Shown here piece by piece: positions 47,991 through 58,405 of a DNA stretch of 59,363 nt. Source of the stretch: Candidatus Geothermarchaeota archaeon (GTDB lineage Archaea; Thermoproteota; Nitrososphaeria; Geothermarchaeales; JDFR-13). The stretch lies in the NCBI GenBank assembly GCA_015523605.1, contig WAKC01000015.1, positions 1-59,363 on the forward strand. The letters run 5' to 3'. How positions within the stretch are numbered: position 1 is the first letter of the stretch; the number at the start of each line of letters is the position of its first letter. The notes beneath the pieces were generated by a model. It saw only the letters and a program-made list of their open reading frames with translations. It was not told the origin of the DNA and ran no database searches. The translations under genes and the position numbers were made by a program.

Positions 47991-49358
47991 ATGAATGATA
48001 GAATTGTAACATTACCTCCAGAGGAGATGCCGAGGAGATGGTACAATATACTCCCTGACCTCCCTAAGCCATTACCACCACCTCTAGATCCAAAGACTAA
48101 AGAGCCTGTGAAGCCTGAGCAGCTAGCCCCACTATTTCCTAAGGAGCTTATCATGCAGGAGGTGAGTCAGGAGAGGTTTATCAACATACCGGACGAGGTT
48201 ATAGAGGTCTATATGAGATATAGACCTACACCACTATACCGAGCAATATATCTCGAGAAAATGTTGAAGACTCCGGCAAAGATCTTCTATAAGTATGAAG
48301 GTGTAAGCCCAACAGGCAGTCACAAGCCCAACACAGCCATTGCACAGGCATATTATAATATGAAGGAGGGAGTAGAGAGACTTACAACAGAGACTGGAGC
48401 TGGGCAATGGGGTTCGGCTCTCGCATACGCAACATACCTATTCGGATTAAAATCCACGATATACATGGTTAAGATAAGCTACCATCAGAAGCCTTTTAGG
48501 AAGGTGTTAATGAAGCTGTATGGGGCTGAGGTAATACCCAGTCCTAGTGATAAGACACCCATTGGTAGAGAGATTCTTGAGAAAGACCCGGAAAACCCCG
48601 GTAGCCTTGGTATAGCCATCAGCGAGGCCATATTCGATGCAGCAACCTCTGACGACGCAAAATATAGCTTAGGAAGTGTTTTAAACCATGTACTCCTACA
48701 TCAGACAATAATAGGTGAGGAGGCGATTAAACAGATGGAGATACTCGACGTAACACCTGATTATGTAGTTGGCGCGGTGGGGGGAGGAAGTAACTTCGCC
48801 GGATTGGCATATCCATTCTACCGGTTAAAGAAGGATAAGGGGTTGGATATCAAGTTCTTGGCAGTCGAGCCTGAGGCCGCTCCAACACTCACCAAAGGAG
48901 TATATACCTATGATTTTGGAGATACTGCCAGGCTAACTCCACTACTGAAGATGTATACCCTAGGCCATACATTCATACCTCCACCGATACATGCAGGAGG
49001 CCTTAGATATCATGGAGATGCGCCAACACTGTGTCTATTGAAGGATGAGGGAGAGATAGATGCTGTTGCATATGACCAAGTAAGCGTCTTCCAAGGGGCA
49101 CATCTCTTCTTCCAAGCAGAGGGCATACTTCCAGCACCCGAGTCGGCCCATGCTGTAAAAGCGGCAATCGACCTAGCTATAGAGGCCAAGGAAAAGAATG
49201 AAGAGAGAGTCATACTTTTCAACCTAAGTGGGCACGGCCTCTTCGACATGAAGGCTTACGAGGAATATATAGAGGGACGGCTAGAACCATACTCCTATCC
49301 ACAAGAACTGATTATGCAGAGTATTGAAGAGCTTAAGAAGCTTGGTGTCGAGGCCTAA
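47991..49358 (+). CDS. trpB: Tryptophan synthase beta-like protein, TrpB2 class
   Basis: PLP-Lys motif [21 protein letters not shown], and the N-terminal extension typical of TrpB2. There are no other trp genes nearby. Confidence 0.9.
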   Translation: MNDRIVTLPPEEMPRRWYNILPDLPKPLPPPLDPKTKEPVKPEQLAPLFPKELIMQEVSQERFINIPDEVIEVYMRYRPTPLYRAIYLEKMLKTPAKIFYKYEGVSPTGSHKPNTAIAQAYYNMKEGVERLTTETGAGQWGSALAYATYLFGLKSTIYMVKISYHQKPFRKVLMKLYGAEVIPSPSDKTPIGREILEKDPENPGSLGIAISEAIFDAATSDDAKYSLGSVLNHVLLHQTIIGEEAIKQMEILDVTPDYVVGAVGGGSNFAGLAYPFYRLKKDKGLDIKFLAVEPEAAPTLTKGVYTYDFGDTARLTPLLKMYTLGHTFIPPPIHAGGLRYHGDAPTLCLLKDEGEIDAVAYDQVSVFQGAHLFFQAEGILPAPESAHAVKAAIDLAIEAKEKNEERVILFNLSGHGLFDMKAYEEYIEGRLEPYSYPQELIMQSIEELKKLGVEA

Positions 49359-49940
49359 TCAACCTCTCTTCCTCTCTATTTTATATAGAAATATAGTCTC
49401 ACCACCCAAGCAAATCCTATCGATAACCTCATAATCCAATCCAAGATTAACCAAGATATCCTCGAAACGCTGGAGATTTGAATAGCTGGAGAGGATTATA
49501 TACCCTTTCTTACCTGGAGACGTTGAGATCCAGTTGGCAATCTTAGAAGCTATCTCTACCCCATCAACACCTCCTAGGAAGATGTGATCCTCCTCAAGAT
49601 CATGGATACCGGGTAGATAAGGGGGATTCGAGATGACAACGGCATCTTCAATATTCGGCCTTATAGCTTCTAATGCATCACTTAGGATGAGGTCGACATT
49701 ATCACCCACCTTATTTACACCTACATTTTTATATGCATCGTATAATGCCTCTATCGAGACATCAATTCCAATTGTATAACATCCCTTTCTAGAAGTTATT
49801 ATTGCAAGGATACCAGAGCCTGTTCCCACATCCAAAACCAGCTCGGCATCTTTTACCAGCCGTGAGAGATTAGAGGCTAATAAGAGAGAGTCTTCAGAGG
49901 GTTTATATGTATGGCGCCCTCCCTCTATAGAGATTCCCAT
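49359..49940 (-). CDS. HemK/Mtq2-type protein N5-glutamine methyltransferase
   Basis: YKPSEDSLLL, SAM motif VLDVGTGSGILA and the catalytic ISNPPY. The start at MGISIEGG is preferred. Confidence 0.8.
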   Translation of the reverse strand: MGISIEGGRHTYKPSEDSLLLASNLSRLVKDAELVLDVGTGSGILAIITSRKGCYTIGIDVSIEALYDAYKNVGVNKVGDNVDLILSDALEAIRPNIEDAVVISNPPYLPGIHDLEEDHIFLGGVDGVEIASKIANWISTSPGKKGYIILSSYSNLQRFEDILVNLGLDYEVIDRICLGGETIFLYKIERKRG

Positions 49941-50005
49941 AAAGTTGAGACTCCAACACCCCATCATGTATAGAATCTTACTTGAAGAATTTATGAATTA
50001 AACTA

Positions 50006-50191
50006 TTACTCTGAATCCTTCATCAAGTCCGCTCCGACACCCAGGACGATGAATCCAATAGCCATTGAGAATATGCTAGCTAGAAATCTATCTATAAACG
50101 TTAGATAGACGCTCACACCTAGAAATACCAATCCCGAGAGTATCAATATAGAGCCCAATATATTCTTCATCTTCCTAGCCAAACCAACCAC
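50006..50191 (-). CDS. Small two-TM membrane protein (61 aa or shorter)
   Basis: Two hydrophobic helices. It overlaps the upstream gene's end by 17 nt and is the last gene of the MoxR cassette. Confidence 0.4.
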   Translation of the reverse strand: MVGLARKMKNILGSILILSGLVFLGVSVYLTFIDRFLASIFSMAIGFIVLGVGADLMKDSE

Positions 50192-50927
50192 CCACAGTCC
50201 TTATTAAAGCCTCCAACTCGGTAAACGCATTCTCCACCCCAAAAAATATAGAAAGCATAATATATAGAAAGAGTAACAACCCTGTGATATACAGGGAGTA
50301 AACACGCCTATAGATGAGGTATAAGCCCATCACCGAAATTATAAGACCTAATAGATACCCACTCAACACGGCAACACCTAGGAGTAGAAGATATATGGAG
50401 ATCATACCTATAATCATAGGTCTTGAGAAAAGCCTTTGGTAGAGCCTTCTAAACCTTGTAATGTCGATGAATGATATATCCTTAGGAGCAGAAACAATAT
50501 ATATCCAAGCAACTATAAGGATACCACTCCATACCAAATATATAAAGCGATATAGGCTGGGGAGACCCATCAACCTAAAGACTATGGTTATATAGGAAGC
50601 CATGAGAATCGATATACCCAGTATAAGATAGACAACCCTATGTTCATTAATACCCCTGCTAGGTTCATATATCAAGGCGAGAATAGCAAATAAAACCCCT
50701 AAATAGTAGATATGTATTCCCTCCAGAACCATGTATACCATTATAAGACTGGAAAGAAATAGTGAGCCATGCACCCTTCCAAAGGAGACTCCAAATATAT
50801 AGATAGGAATAGTCAATAGAATAGGTATTAATGAGTATATGGGATATCCATATAACAAGATATATAGGCTCACGATGATTATACCTACTGAAAAAATTAT
50901 ATTTCTATTCCTAGCATCTACATCCAT
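50175..50927 (-). CDS. Polytopic membrane protein (250 aa, about 7 TM), no soluble domain
   Basis: Almost entirely hydrophobic helices. It overlaps the DUF58 gene by 10 nt. Confidence 0.6.
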   Translation of the reverse strand: MDVDARNRNIIFSVGIIIVSLYILLYGYPIYSLIPILLTIPIYIFGVSFGRVHGSLFLSSLIMVYMVLEGIHIYYLGVLFAILALIYEPSRGINEHRVVYLILGISILMASYITIVFRLMGLPSLYRFIYLVWSGILIVAWIYIVSAPKDISFIDITRFRRLYQRLFSRPMIIGMISIYLLLLGVAVLSGYLLGLIISVMGLYLIYRRVYSLYITGLLLFLYIMLSIFFGVENAFTELEALIRTVGGWFG

Positions 50928-52174
50928 AGCAGCATCGCCTCTTCAAGCGAGACGATCAACTCTTCAGAGGATCCATAACCTAGACGTATATAACTGACCT
51001 TATCTAATAATTCCTCCAGCTCCCTAATCTCATGAAGCCTAATCAACAGCTCCTCCTTTGAATTACCCATTGGGAGTGAGACACCTAGATATATTAGGGG
51101 ATGTGAAACGGGTATATTCAACTCGAGATCCGATATAAAATCCCTCCACATTATGCCAGGTCCACTCAAGACAATCAAGATATCCCCCGGCCTCTCAGAT
51201 GAGACCGACCTAACGGTATAAATTAAATCTCGTGAAGATCTATATCTACCTGGCATAAGCCTAGAGAAGACTGTACTCACCTGATTTAGAGCCTCCCTAG
51301 CATGATACCTATAGACCCGATAGCTATAGCCATCAAACACAACTAGATTGATCCTACCATTATATTTAGAAATAATATCGGCAAGCCACATGACAGTCCT
51401 AGCTATACTATCGATCGGTGAATATCCAGGGAGACCAATCCACATCTCCCTACTAGCATCGACAACCACAGTGAGATTCAACAGAGACTCTACCGCATTA
51501 ACCCTAACCACCAGATCACCATATCTAGCTGATGATGGCCAGTGAATCATCCTATAATCATCTCCATATACATACTCCCTCAACTCAAGAAACTCCATAC
51601 CCATCCTGGACTGTAGATTTAAAACTTTTGAAATACCCATGGGTCGGTGACGTACATACCCTTCCTGATATATGGGATATGGATATGCATATACAGAGAG
51701 AGGCAAGGTTAAATCCTTCATCTCCACATAAATATTCAGAGGATCATATAACAGGAGGGTTGCCTCCCTCCATAAACTATTACCTACACCTGAATACGCT
51801 TTATAAGATAAAACAATCTTTTCACCTGGATCGATATCAAAATACTCTACATATGGATCTTCACATACCACCCTACCACTAGGACTATCCACTATAACTA
51901 TCCGTGGAATCCTAAATCTAGATCTATTAGAAATTCTAAATGGGACTTCAAACTCAATACCCTCGATAACGTGGAGTGAGGAGTCAACCCTCTCAACTGA
52001 TACCTGGTCTAGAACCCTAGAATACCTCGACATCCAGTTAAAGTAGTAGATGAGTATCGAAGCCCCTGCAACTCCAATGAAAAATATAAATTCATTATTA
52101 GTTATTAGACCGGTAAAGATCGAAGCCGCCGACACAATCGCTAGGTAATGCCCCCTCCTAGTTAGATATGGCAT
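50918..52174 (-). CDS. DUF58-family (vWA-like) protein with an N-terminal 2-TM anchor
   Basis: DUF58 signature LELREYVYGDDYRMIHWPSSARYGDLVVR. The vWA strand VVVDASREM is DxSxE rather than the MIDAS DxSxS. Confidence 0.85.
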   Translation of the reverse strand: MPYLTRRGHYLAIVSAASIFTGLITNNEFIFFIGVAGASILIYYFNWMSRYSRVLDQVSVERVDSSLHVIEGIEFEVPFRISNRSRFRIPRIVIVDSPSGRVVCEDPYVEYFDIDPGEKIVLSYKAYSGVGNSLWREATLLLYDPLNIYVEMKDLTLPLSVYAYPYPIYQEGYVRHRPMGISKVLNLQSRMGMEFLELREYVYGDDYRMIHWPSSARYGDLVVRVNAVESLLNLTVVVDASREMWIGLPGYSPIDSIARTVMWLADIISKYNGRINLVVFDGYSYRVYRYHAREALNQVSTVFSRLMPGRYRSSRDLIYTVRSVSSERPGDILIVLSGPGIMWRDFISDLELNIPVSHPLIYLGVSLPMGNSKEELLIRLHEIRELEELLDKVSYIRLGYGSSEELIVSLEEAMLLWM

Positions 52175-52185
52175 GATAGGAACCT

Positions 52186-53118
52186 CTATGGAGGTTTGAC
52201 TTTATTAAGTATCTCATCTAGAACCTCATACTCGTCAACCCCTCTCAATCTAGCCTCAGGTTTTAGAATAAGTCTATGGGGCAGGGTTACCCTCGCAGCC
52301 TCCTTAACCAGCTCTGGAGATACATAGTCATAACCCTCAACCAACGCCAGGGCTCTAGCAAGTAGAAGAGTATATAATACACCCCTTGGAGAAGCCCCTA
52401 GCCTAATATATGGATGTCTACGGGTAGCCTCCACTAACTCGATTACATATCTCTTAATATTATCATCTACATGCACATCCCAAATCCTCTCCCTAGCCTC
52501 CAAAAAGAAACTGGGTTCTGCTACGGCCTCAACCCTAAACTCTTCGATAACTCTAAAGTTATCTATAATCTCAAGCATCTCCTCTCTAGAGGGATATGAG
52601 ATTATCACCTTCGCCATAAACCTATCTACCTGAGCCTCAGGAAGGGGATATACACCCTCCATCTCTATGGGATTCATTGTAGCCAGAACTATAAAGGGCT
52701 TCTCAATCGGATATGTCCTACCCCAGAGAGTCACCTGTCCCTCCTGCATAGCCTCCAGAAAAGCAGATTGTGTCCTCGGACTAGCCCTATTAATCTCATC
52801 CGCCAATACAATATTGGAGAAGATCGGGCCACGTCTAAACTCGAACTCTCCGCTAACCTGGTTATACACATAAGTCCCAAGTACATCTGTAGGTAGGAGA
52901 TCCGGTGTAAACTGGATTCTACTGAATGTAAGGCCGGAGGCCCTTGCTAAAGTCTTAGCCATTAATGTCTTAGCCACTCCTGGAACACCCTCGAGAAGCA
53001 CATGTCCCCCGGCCACCATAGATGCGAGTATAATCTTTAGCTCGGCCTTCTTCCCGATGACTATCCTACCCACTTCTTCCAAGATCCTTTTAAAGAGATC
53101 CCTAGACAATATAATCAC
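52186..53118 (-). CDS. MoxR-family AAA+ ATPase
   Basis: Walker A GVPGVAKT, Walker [10 protein letters not shown], and ATMNPIE...PEAQVDRF. 310 aa. Confidence 0.93.
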   Translation of the reverse strand: MIILSRDLFKRILEEVGRIVIGKKAELKIILASMVAGGHVLLEGVPGVAKTLMAKTLARASGLTFSRIQFTPDLLPTDVLGTYVYNQVSGEFEFRRGPIFSNIVLADEINRASPRTQSAFLEAMQEGQVTLWGRTYPIEKPFIVLATMNPIEMEGVYPLPEAQVDRFMAKVIISYPSREEMLEIIDNFRVIEEFRVEAVAEPSFFLEARERIWDVHVDDNIKRYVIELVEATRRHPYIRLGASPRGVLYTLLLARALALVEGYDYVSPELVKEAARVTLPHRLILKPEARLRGVDEYEVLDEILNKVKPP

Positions 53119-53128
53119 CAGATTATGC

Positions 53129-54217
53129 CTACTTTAACTCTCTAAGAAGCCTATCAATTAAAAATCTTCTAAACATCTTAAATCTTAACCCAAGGAACCG
53201 CTGTAGAGGGGTGAACCGGTCTAAATACTCCCTCAAAACCCTATATACCATAACATCTAACGTGGGGTCAGAGACCTCAACATACCCAACCCTAAAAATA
53301 TCTACAAAAGTCCCGATAACAAGTAATGAGGTGAAGAGGATAAATGGGAAGAGAAGTGGCCCCATCAAGTCAAGTATTACACCTATTATAACCTGGAATA
53401 TGACTATACTCTTGAGTATATAATCGGCCACGATAGGGGTTAAAAATTGGCTCCCACTATAATGTCCAATATCAAATAAGATCGTTCTATATCCCTCTTC
53501 CGTTAATACCCTGACAAACTCCATACATAAACCCCGGTTTCCCTCCTCATTCCACCATGAACTTGAGTACATGAAATTAGCACATATACTGGAATCGGCC
53601 AACACCATTATCTCAGAACCACTATCGAGAGACATCTTAACTCCTATCACGGGTGAGCTAATCAAATCTCTCTCTGCAACAAATTCATAGGGACTTACAC
53701 ATAAAACTTCAGAACCTGGAGGAAAACTCTTTATAAAGGAAGATTTAGATATGAAACCACTCCCAAGCATACCACATTCTACACTCGCTAAAAACCTTAC
53801 ATCATCCACAACACCCACTCTACCAAGGATCCTACCATCAACTTCAAAACCAAGAATAGACAGTATAGAATTAGATATATTAGTCTCATCAGCAACAAGT
53901 AGATCAATCCTACCAGCCTCCAAAAGACTAGCTAAATACTCAGCCTCTGAAGTAGAGAATGGAATATCAGGTCCTACAACGACATAGAGTATTTTACCAC
54001 CCTCAAGTGGGATGTCTAGAGGAGTGGATACAAAGCCTACATCATAATCCTCTAGAAGGTCTGTATAGAAGCTATAGATACCATATGGATATGGATTGAG
54101 TGGTGAGGTGGAGGTCGTGGATGGAAATATAACGGGCTGTAAACCCCCTGTGGAGACTGTTAAAGAAACTAGATATGTAAGGGTCAATACATAGAGGATA
54201 AGCCTACCCTTCATCAT
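53129..54217 (-). CDS. DUF4350-like membrane protein
   Basis: An N-terminal signal/TM, the pattern ...[39 protein letters not shown] and ILFDIGHY, followed by C-terminal TM helices. Confidence 0.65.
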   Translation of the reverse strand: MMKGRLILYVLTLTYLVSLTVSTGGLQPVIFPSTTSTSPLNPYPYGIYSFYTDLLEDYDVGFVSTPLDIPLEGGKILYVVVGPDIPFSTSEAEYLASLLEAGRIDLLVADETNISNSILSILGFEVDGRILGRVGVVDDVRFLASVECGMLGSGFISKSSFIKSFPPGSEVLCVSPYEFVAERDLISSPVIGVKMSLDSGSEIMVLADSSICANFMYSSSWWNEEGNRGLCMEFVRVLTEEGYRTILFDIGHYSGSQFLTPIVADYILKSIVIFQVIIGVILDLMGPLLFPFILFTSLLVIGTFVDIFRVGYVEVSDPTLDVMVYRVLREYLDRFTPLQRFLGLRFKMFRRFLIDRLLRELK

Positions 54218-54809
54218 CCATAAACCTTTTGAACCCTTCTAATATAGACTCGTCCGAACGAGGGGAAAACATTCCAAAGTTATATAATTTTGCAAGCTCC
54301 GATGCATACATAACATCAGCCTTCGAAGCTTCTTCTGCAACCTCGTAAGCCGTATATCCACTCATTATATGGACGCCCATATCCCTCAATCTCTTTAGAA
54401 ACTTTAGATATAAAAGCCTCAACTCCCGTCTCCACCCTGTATAGACATACCCTCCTGGGAGAAACTTCTCAGACGAGGAATCCTCAACATTCCTCTTCAT
54501 ATATGAGCTTAGACCAGGGATTGAAGATGCCAATCCATAGAGATATATCATTATAAGCCCAGCCGAAACCAATATCACAAGAAAAATGAGGAATATAAAA
54601 TCTCCACTAAATGCCAGAGCCTCTATCTGTGACAACCCCTCTGTACTGCCTTGCTCAACTGACGTGCCATTCACATTAATAGATATATTCTCAGGTAGCC
54701 AAGATGAACTGGGAATTAAATGTCTATTCTCAGGCGTTGCAACCTCCAATACTAGCATGTTATCAATAGAATATAGAATCCAACCTCGATATTTAAGAAT
54801 AGCCGCCAA
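54204..54809 (-). CDS. DUF4129-like membrane protein
   Basis: A central TM, and a C-terminal TAYEVAEE...LAKLYNFGMFSPR pattern typical of DUF4129. It overlaps the next gene by 14 nt. Confidence 0.65.
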   Translation of the reverse strand: MAAILKYRGWILYSIDNMLVLEVATPENRHLIPSSSWLPENISINVNGTSVEQGSTEGLSQIEALAFSGDFIFLIFLVILVSAGLIMIYLYGLASSIPGLSSYMKRNVEDSSSEKFLPGGYVYTGWRRELRLLYLKFLKRLRDMGVHIMSGYTAYEVAEEASKADVMYASELAKLYNFGMFSPRSDESILEGFKRFMDDEG

Positions 54810-54861
54810 CCCCAGAGCTATAAAAAGGTAATATTATTTGAGGATAATGAATTGATTAGAT

Positions 54862-55992
54862 ATGAGGGTAATCGAGAGATTAGACCTAGGGGAATATGCA
54901 ACATTCAAACCCAATAAAGATCTTCCTAGACATAGATGGTTCTATTTTAAAGAGGGATTCGCAAGAGATCTAGTCCTCTATCTCCTAAAAAAATTTAATA
55001 CAAATGAGAGCCAATGGGTACTAGACCCCTTCATGGGTGTAGGCACAACACCATTAACTTGTAGAGAATATGGCGTCAACACTATAGGTGTAGAAGTAAG
55101 CCCTCTATTCAAGATGATAGCAGAAGCCAAAATAGAAGACTACGACATAGAAGACATAAAGAAATTCTTTAAATATATTCTGGACTACAAAGAAAGGATT
55201 GACTTAGGAGGGATACATGGACTCCTAAAGAAAGCCTTTCCAAAATCCAGCCTAATAGACATTCTAAGAATTAGAAACGCAATCGAAAACATACCAGAGA
55301 GGAGATATAGAAACTTCTTCTACGTAGCTCTCCTATCAGCTGCAAACAAATCCTCTTATATGATAAAGGATGGGAGCAAACTCAGAATGCATAGGAGAAA
55401 AGTCCCTCCATTTATAGACATGTTCCGACGCACAGTAAAAATGATGATTAAAGATGTGGAGGGGACTGAACTCAAGAACGTAGAATACCATCTACACCAG
55501 GGAGATGCCCGTAAACTATCGATGATTGATGACGACTCAATAGACCTAATTATAACCTCCCCACCTTATCTAAACAAAATAGAGTATACAAGCATCTATG
55601 AAATCGAGTACTTAATTGTATATGGAGATACACATGTAAATCCCATAAGAAGCTATATAGGCCTAACCTTCTCAAGAAGACACATTCTCGAACTGCCTAA
55701 GATGGGAGGAGAGGATCTACCCCCTGCAGCACATGCCTACTTCAACGATATGTACCTAGCTCTACAAGAGATGTACAGAGTATTGAAAGGAGGTGGGAGA
55801 GCCATATTAGTCGTGGGACAAGGTATATTCCCTGATAGAGTTGTACCCTCCGACGAGATTCTAGCAAAGCTCGCAAGAAAAATAGGTTTTAGAAAGCCTG
55901 AGATATGGATAGTGAATAGGAGAATAGCCGTTAGGGACCGTACTGTAAAGATAGGAGTGGCTAACGAGTCCATCCTTATCCTACGTACATAG
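54862..55992 (+). CDS. Orphan exocyclic-amino DNA methyltransferase (SPPY type, motif I before motif IV)
   Basis: HRWFYFKEGFARDLV, then motif I VLDPFMGVGTT, then about 170 aa, then motif IV LIITSPPYLNK. No nuclease-like neighbour is present. Confidence 0.75.
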   Translation: MRVIERLDLGEYATFKPNKDLPRHRWFYFKEGFARDLVLYLLKKFNTNESQWVLDPFMGVGTTPLTCREYGVNTIGVEVSPLFKMIAEAKIEDYDIEDIKKFFKYILDYKERIDLGGIHGLLKKAFPKSSLIDILRIRNAIENIPERRYRNFFYVALLSAANKSSYMIKDGSKLRMHRRKVPPFIDMFRRTVKMMIKDVEGTELKNVEYHLHQGDARKLSMIDDDSIDLIITSPPYLNKIEYTSIYEIEYLIVYGDTHVNPIRSYIGLTFSRRHILELPKMGGEDLPPAAHAYFNDMYLALQEMYRVLKGGGRAILVVGQGIFPDRVVPSDEILAKLARKIGFRKPEIWIVNRRIAVRDRTVKIGVANESILILRT

Positions 55993-56194
55993 AAGAATAA
56001 TGATAGATAGAGTATATTCTTAAGAGCTGGATAAAGAATGTTTCTAGAGAATTTAATAGTATCACTCTTATTTTGAAATGTTATACTACACCCAGGTTTA
56101 ATATGTACCATTTCGATAGAGACTTGAGAAACATATATCTTATGCCTATTTTATATATCTAAAAATCCGTAATTATTAATTACTAAATGTAGAG

Positions 56195-56205
56195 AATATT
56201 ATAAT
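56195..56205 (+). promoter_or_regulatory. Candidate TATA box for the S9 peptidase gene
   Basis: AATATTATAAT is centred about 33 nt upstream of the ATG at 56233. Confidence 0.35.
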
Positions 56206-56232
56206 CATCAAACTATTATTGCGGTGAATATA

Positions 56233-57951
56233 ATGAAGAATCTTATAGATGAATTCATTAGAGTCCATGCATATAGACAGGCCGAATGGATGGACGATGG
56301 GATCCTGCTAATATCAGACCTCGACGGTGCTCCAAAACTATATCACATGAAGAATGGTGAATTGAAGAACTTATCTCCAGATCTTGATAGAGTGTTGGGA
56401 TATAGAAAAGATTTAGATAATAAGATTGTATTTCTCGTTCACGACATAGGAGGAAATGAGAGATGGTATATAACCGGTTTGAACCTCCCTAAAGAAGAAG
56501 TCCTGTTCAGAATAGGGGATAGTGTATCTATAAACATACCTGGAAAACCATATGCCAAGAAGAAGATATTACCCTACTCAACAAATAGGAATGACCCAAG
56601 ACAATTCGAGATATACATATACAATTATGGAGATGGAAGTGAACATAAGGTTTACGGCCCATCGGAGAACCTAAATGTAGGGGAGGTATCTCCAGACGGT
56701 CGGAAGGTTGTAGTCATCAAGAATATAATGACGTGGGAACAGCACGTATACTTCGTCGATACCGAGAATGGGGAGGTAATAGACTCATTGGAATACCCCG
56801 ATACACATCTCTCAAACATCCATTGGATTGATGATGAAAAACTATATCTAATAACTGACTACAATGCAGATAAGAGATATATAGCCGAGTATACCCTAAA
56901 TGGATCACTAGAAAAGATTAAGGAAGAGCCATATGAGATAGAGCTTCTAGAACATAAAAATGGGAAGTTGATATACTCGATGAACGTCTCTGGCAATAGC
57001 ATCTTGAAGATTGATGACGAGGAAATCAATAAACCATTGGGTGTCGTAGCCCATATAGACGTGACAAAAGACTACCTCTTCTCCATACATACAGTTAGAT
57101 ATGGAGAATCGATTTGGAGATTAGAAGATGGAGAGCTCAAACCAGTCATATACTGTAAAAAGCTTGACGAACTAAGTAAATATATCATAGAGCCTGAGGT
57201 CCATAAGACCAGAGCCTCAGATGGCATCGAGATTGAGAGCCTCGTATATAGACCTGCAAAGCCAAAGGGCGCAGTCATATATCCACATGGTGGGCCCGAG
57301 AGTCAAAGCAGACCTATTTACAACCCAGTAATACAGATCCTCGTCAATAACGGATTCACAATTGTACAGCCCAACTACAGGGGAAGCACCGGATATGGAA
57401 AAGAATTTAGACATATGGATGATAAGAGGAAGAGGGAGAGGAGTCTAAAGGACATAGTAGAAGTATTAGAAGACCTGAGTAGAAAGGGTATTATCGATAA
57501 AGATAAAGTCGCCGTAATGGGTGGAAGCTACGGAGGATTTGCAACACTATATCTAATTACACACTATCCAAAGCTATGGAAAGCCGCAATATCAGTAGTT
57601 GGAATATCCAATCTAGAGACATTCCTCAAAAACACAGGACCATGGAGGAGGAAAATTAGGGAGAAAGAATATGGTAGCCTTGATGAGGACTTAGACTTCC
57701 TTAGGAAGATATCACCAATCTATTACATCGATAGAATCGAGGCTCCACTACTCCTAATACATGGGCGTAACGATCCGAGAGTCCCAGTAGAGGAAAGTAT
57801 ACAGATCCATGACGAATTAAAGAAGATGGGTAAGGAAGTCGGAATACATATATTCGAGGATGAAGGTCACGGAGTAGCAAAATTAAAGAACAGAATAGTA
57901 TATATTGACTTGATCGTGAAATGGTTATCCAAATATATACGGGATAATTAA
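56233..57951 (+). CDS. S9-family serine peptidase (acylaminoacyl-peptidase/prolyl oligopeptidase type)
   Basis: An N-terminal beta-propeller region. The catalytic triad context is GGSYGG (Ser), HGRNDPRV (Asp) and EDEGHG (His). The ATG at 56233 is preferred to the GTG at 56224. Confidence 0.9.
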   Translation: MKNLIDEFIRVHAYRQAEWMDDGILLISDLDGAPKLYHMKNGELKNLSPDLDRVLGYRKDLDNKIVFLVHDIGGNERWYITGLNLPKEEVLFRIGDSVSINIPGKPYAKKKILPYSTNRNDPRQFEIYIYNYGDGSEHKVYGPSENLNVGEVSPDGRKVVVIKNIMTWEQHVYFVDTENGEVIDSLEYPDTHLSNIHWIDDEKLYLITDYNADKRYIAEYTLNGSLEKIKEEPYEIELLEHKNGKLIYSMNVSGNSILKIDDEEINKPLGVVAHIDVTKDYLFSIHTVRYGESIWRLEDGELKPVIYCKKLDELSKYIIEPEVHKTRASDGIEIESLVYRPAKPKGAVIYPHGGPESQSRPIYNPVIQILVNNGFTIVQPNYRGSTGYGKEFRHMDDKRKRERSLKDIVEVLEDLSRKGIIDKDKVAVMGGSYGGFATLYLITHYPKLWKAAISVVGISNLETFLKNTGPWRRKIREKEYGSLDEDLDFLRKISPIYYIDRIEAPLLLIHGRNDPRVPVEESIQIHDELKKMGKEVGIHIFEDEGHGVAKLKNRIVYIDLIVKWLSKYIRDN

Positions 57952-57994
57952 CTATATTAACATCGTTATACCGATATTATATATTGGAGGAAAG

Positions 57995-58396
57995 ATGTAT
58001 ACACCGTTTGAAGTAATAGTAAAGAGTATCTTACCGGCAATTAGAAGTATCCTAGTAAGAGAGCTGAGTCATACATATGGATATAAACAGACCGATATAG
58101 CAAGGGCTCTCTATATTACCCAAGCCAGTGTCTCCTATTACATGAGTCAGTCTAGGGGTAAATACATAGATGAAATATATAAGTATCCAGACGTACTCAA
58201 CAAAATCAAAAAACTGGCTGAGAAAATCGTCAGGGATAAGCCTCCAAAGGAGGAGGTGATGAAGGACCTAAACGAGATAGTCATCTACTTTATAACCCGG
58301 GAGTATATATGTGACTTCCACAAGGTTTTAGAACCAAATGTAGATGTAGATGAATGTAAGGTGTGTGAAGCCATTATATCTAGGAGGTTCACATAA
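57995..58396 (+). CDS. HTH-type transcriptional regulator with a C-terminal Cys/His cluster
   Basis: HTH motif YKQTDIARALYITQASVSYYMS, and a C-terminal CDFH...CKVCE. GGAGG lies 6 nt upstream of the ATG. Confidence 0.7.
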   Translation: MYTPFEVIVKSILPAIRSILVRELSHTYGYKQTDIARALYITQASVSYYMSQSRGKYIDEIYKYPDVLNKIKKLAEKIVRDKPPKEEVMKDLNEIVIYFITREYICDFHKVLEPNVDVDECKVCEAIISRRFT

Positions 58397-58405
58397 CACA
58401 ATTAT

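Noticed and set aside
55993-56232. This is a possible C/D-box sRNA or other ncRNA in the longest spacer. An ATGATAG C-box-like string lies near 55999, with CTGG/GA strings downstream.
   Set aside because: The boxes are imperfect: there is no RUGAUGA...CUGA pair at the right spacing and no terminal stem. The region otherwise reads as promoter DNA for the peptidase gene. The overlapping 124-aa minus-strand ORF (55737..56111) mostly shadows the methyltransferase.
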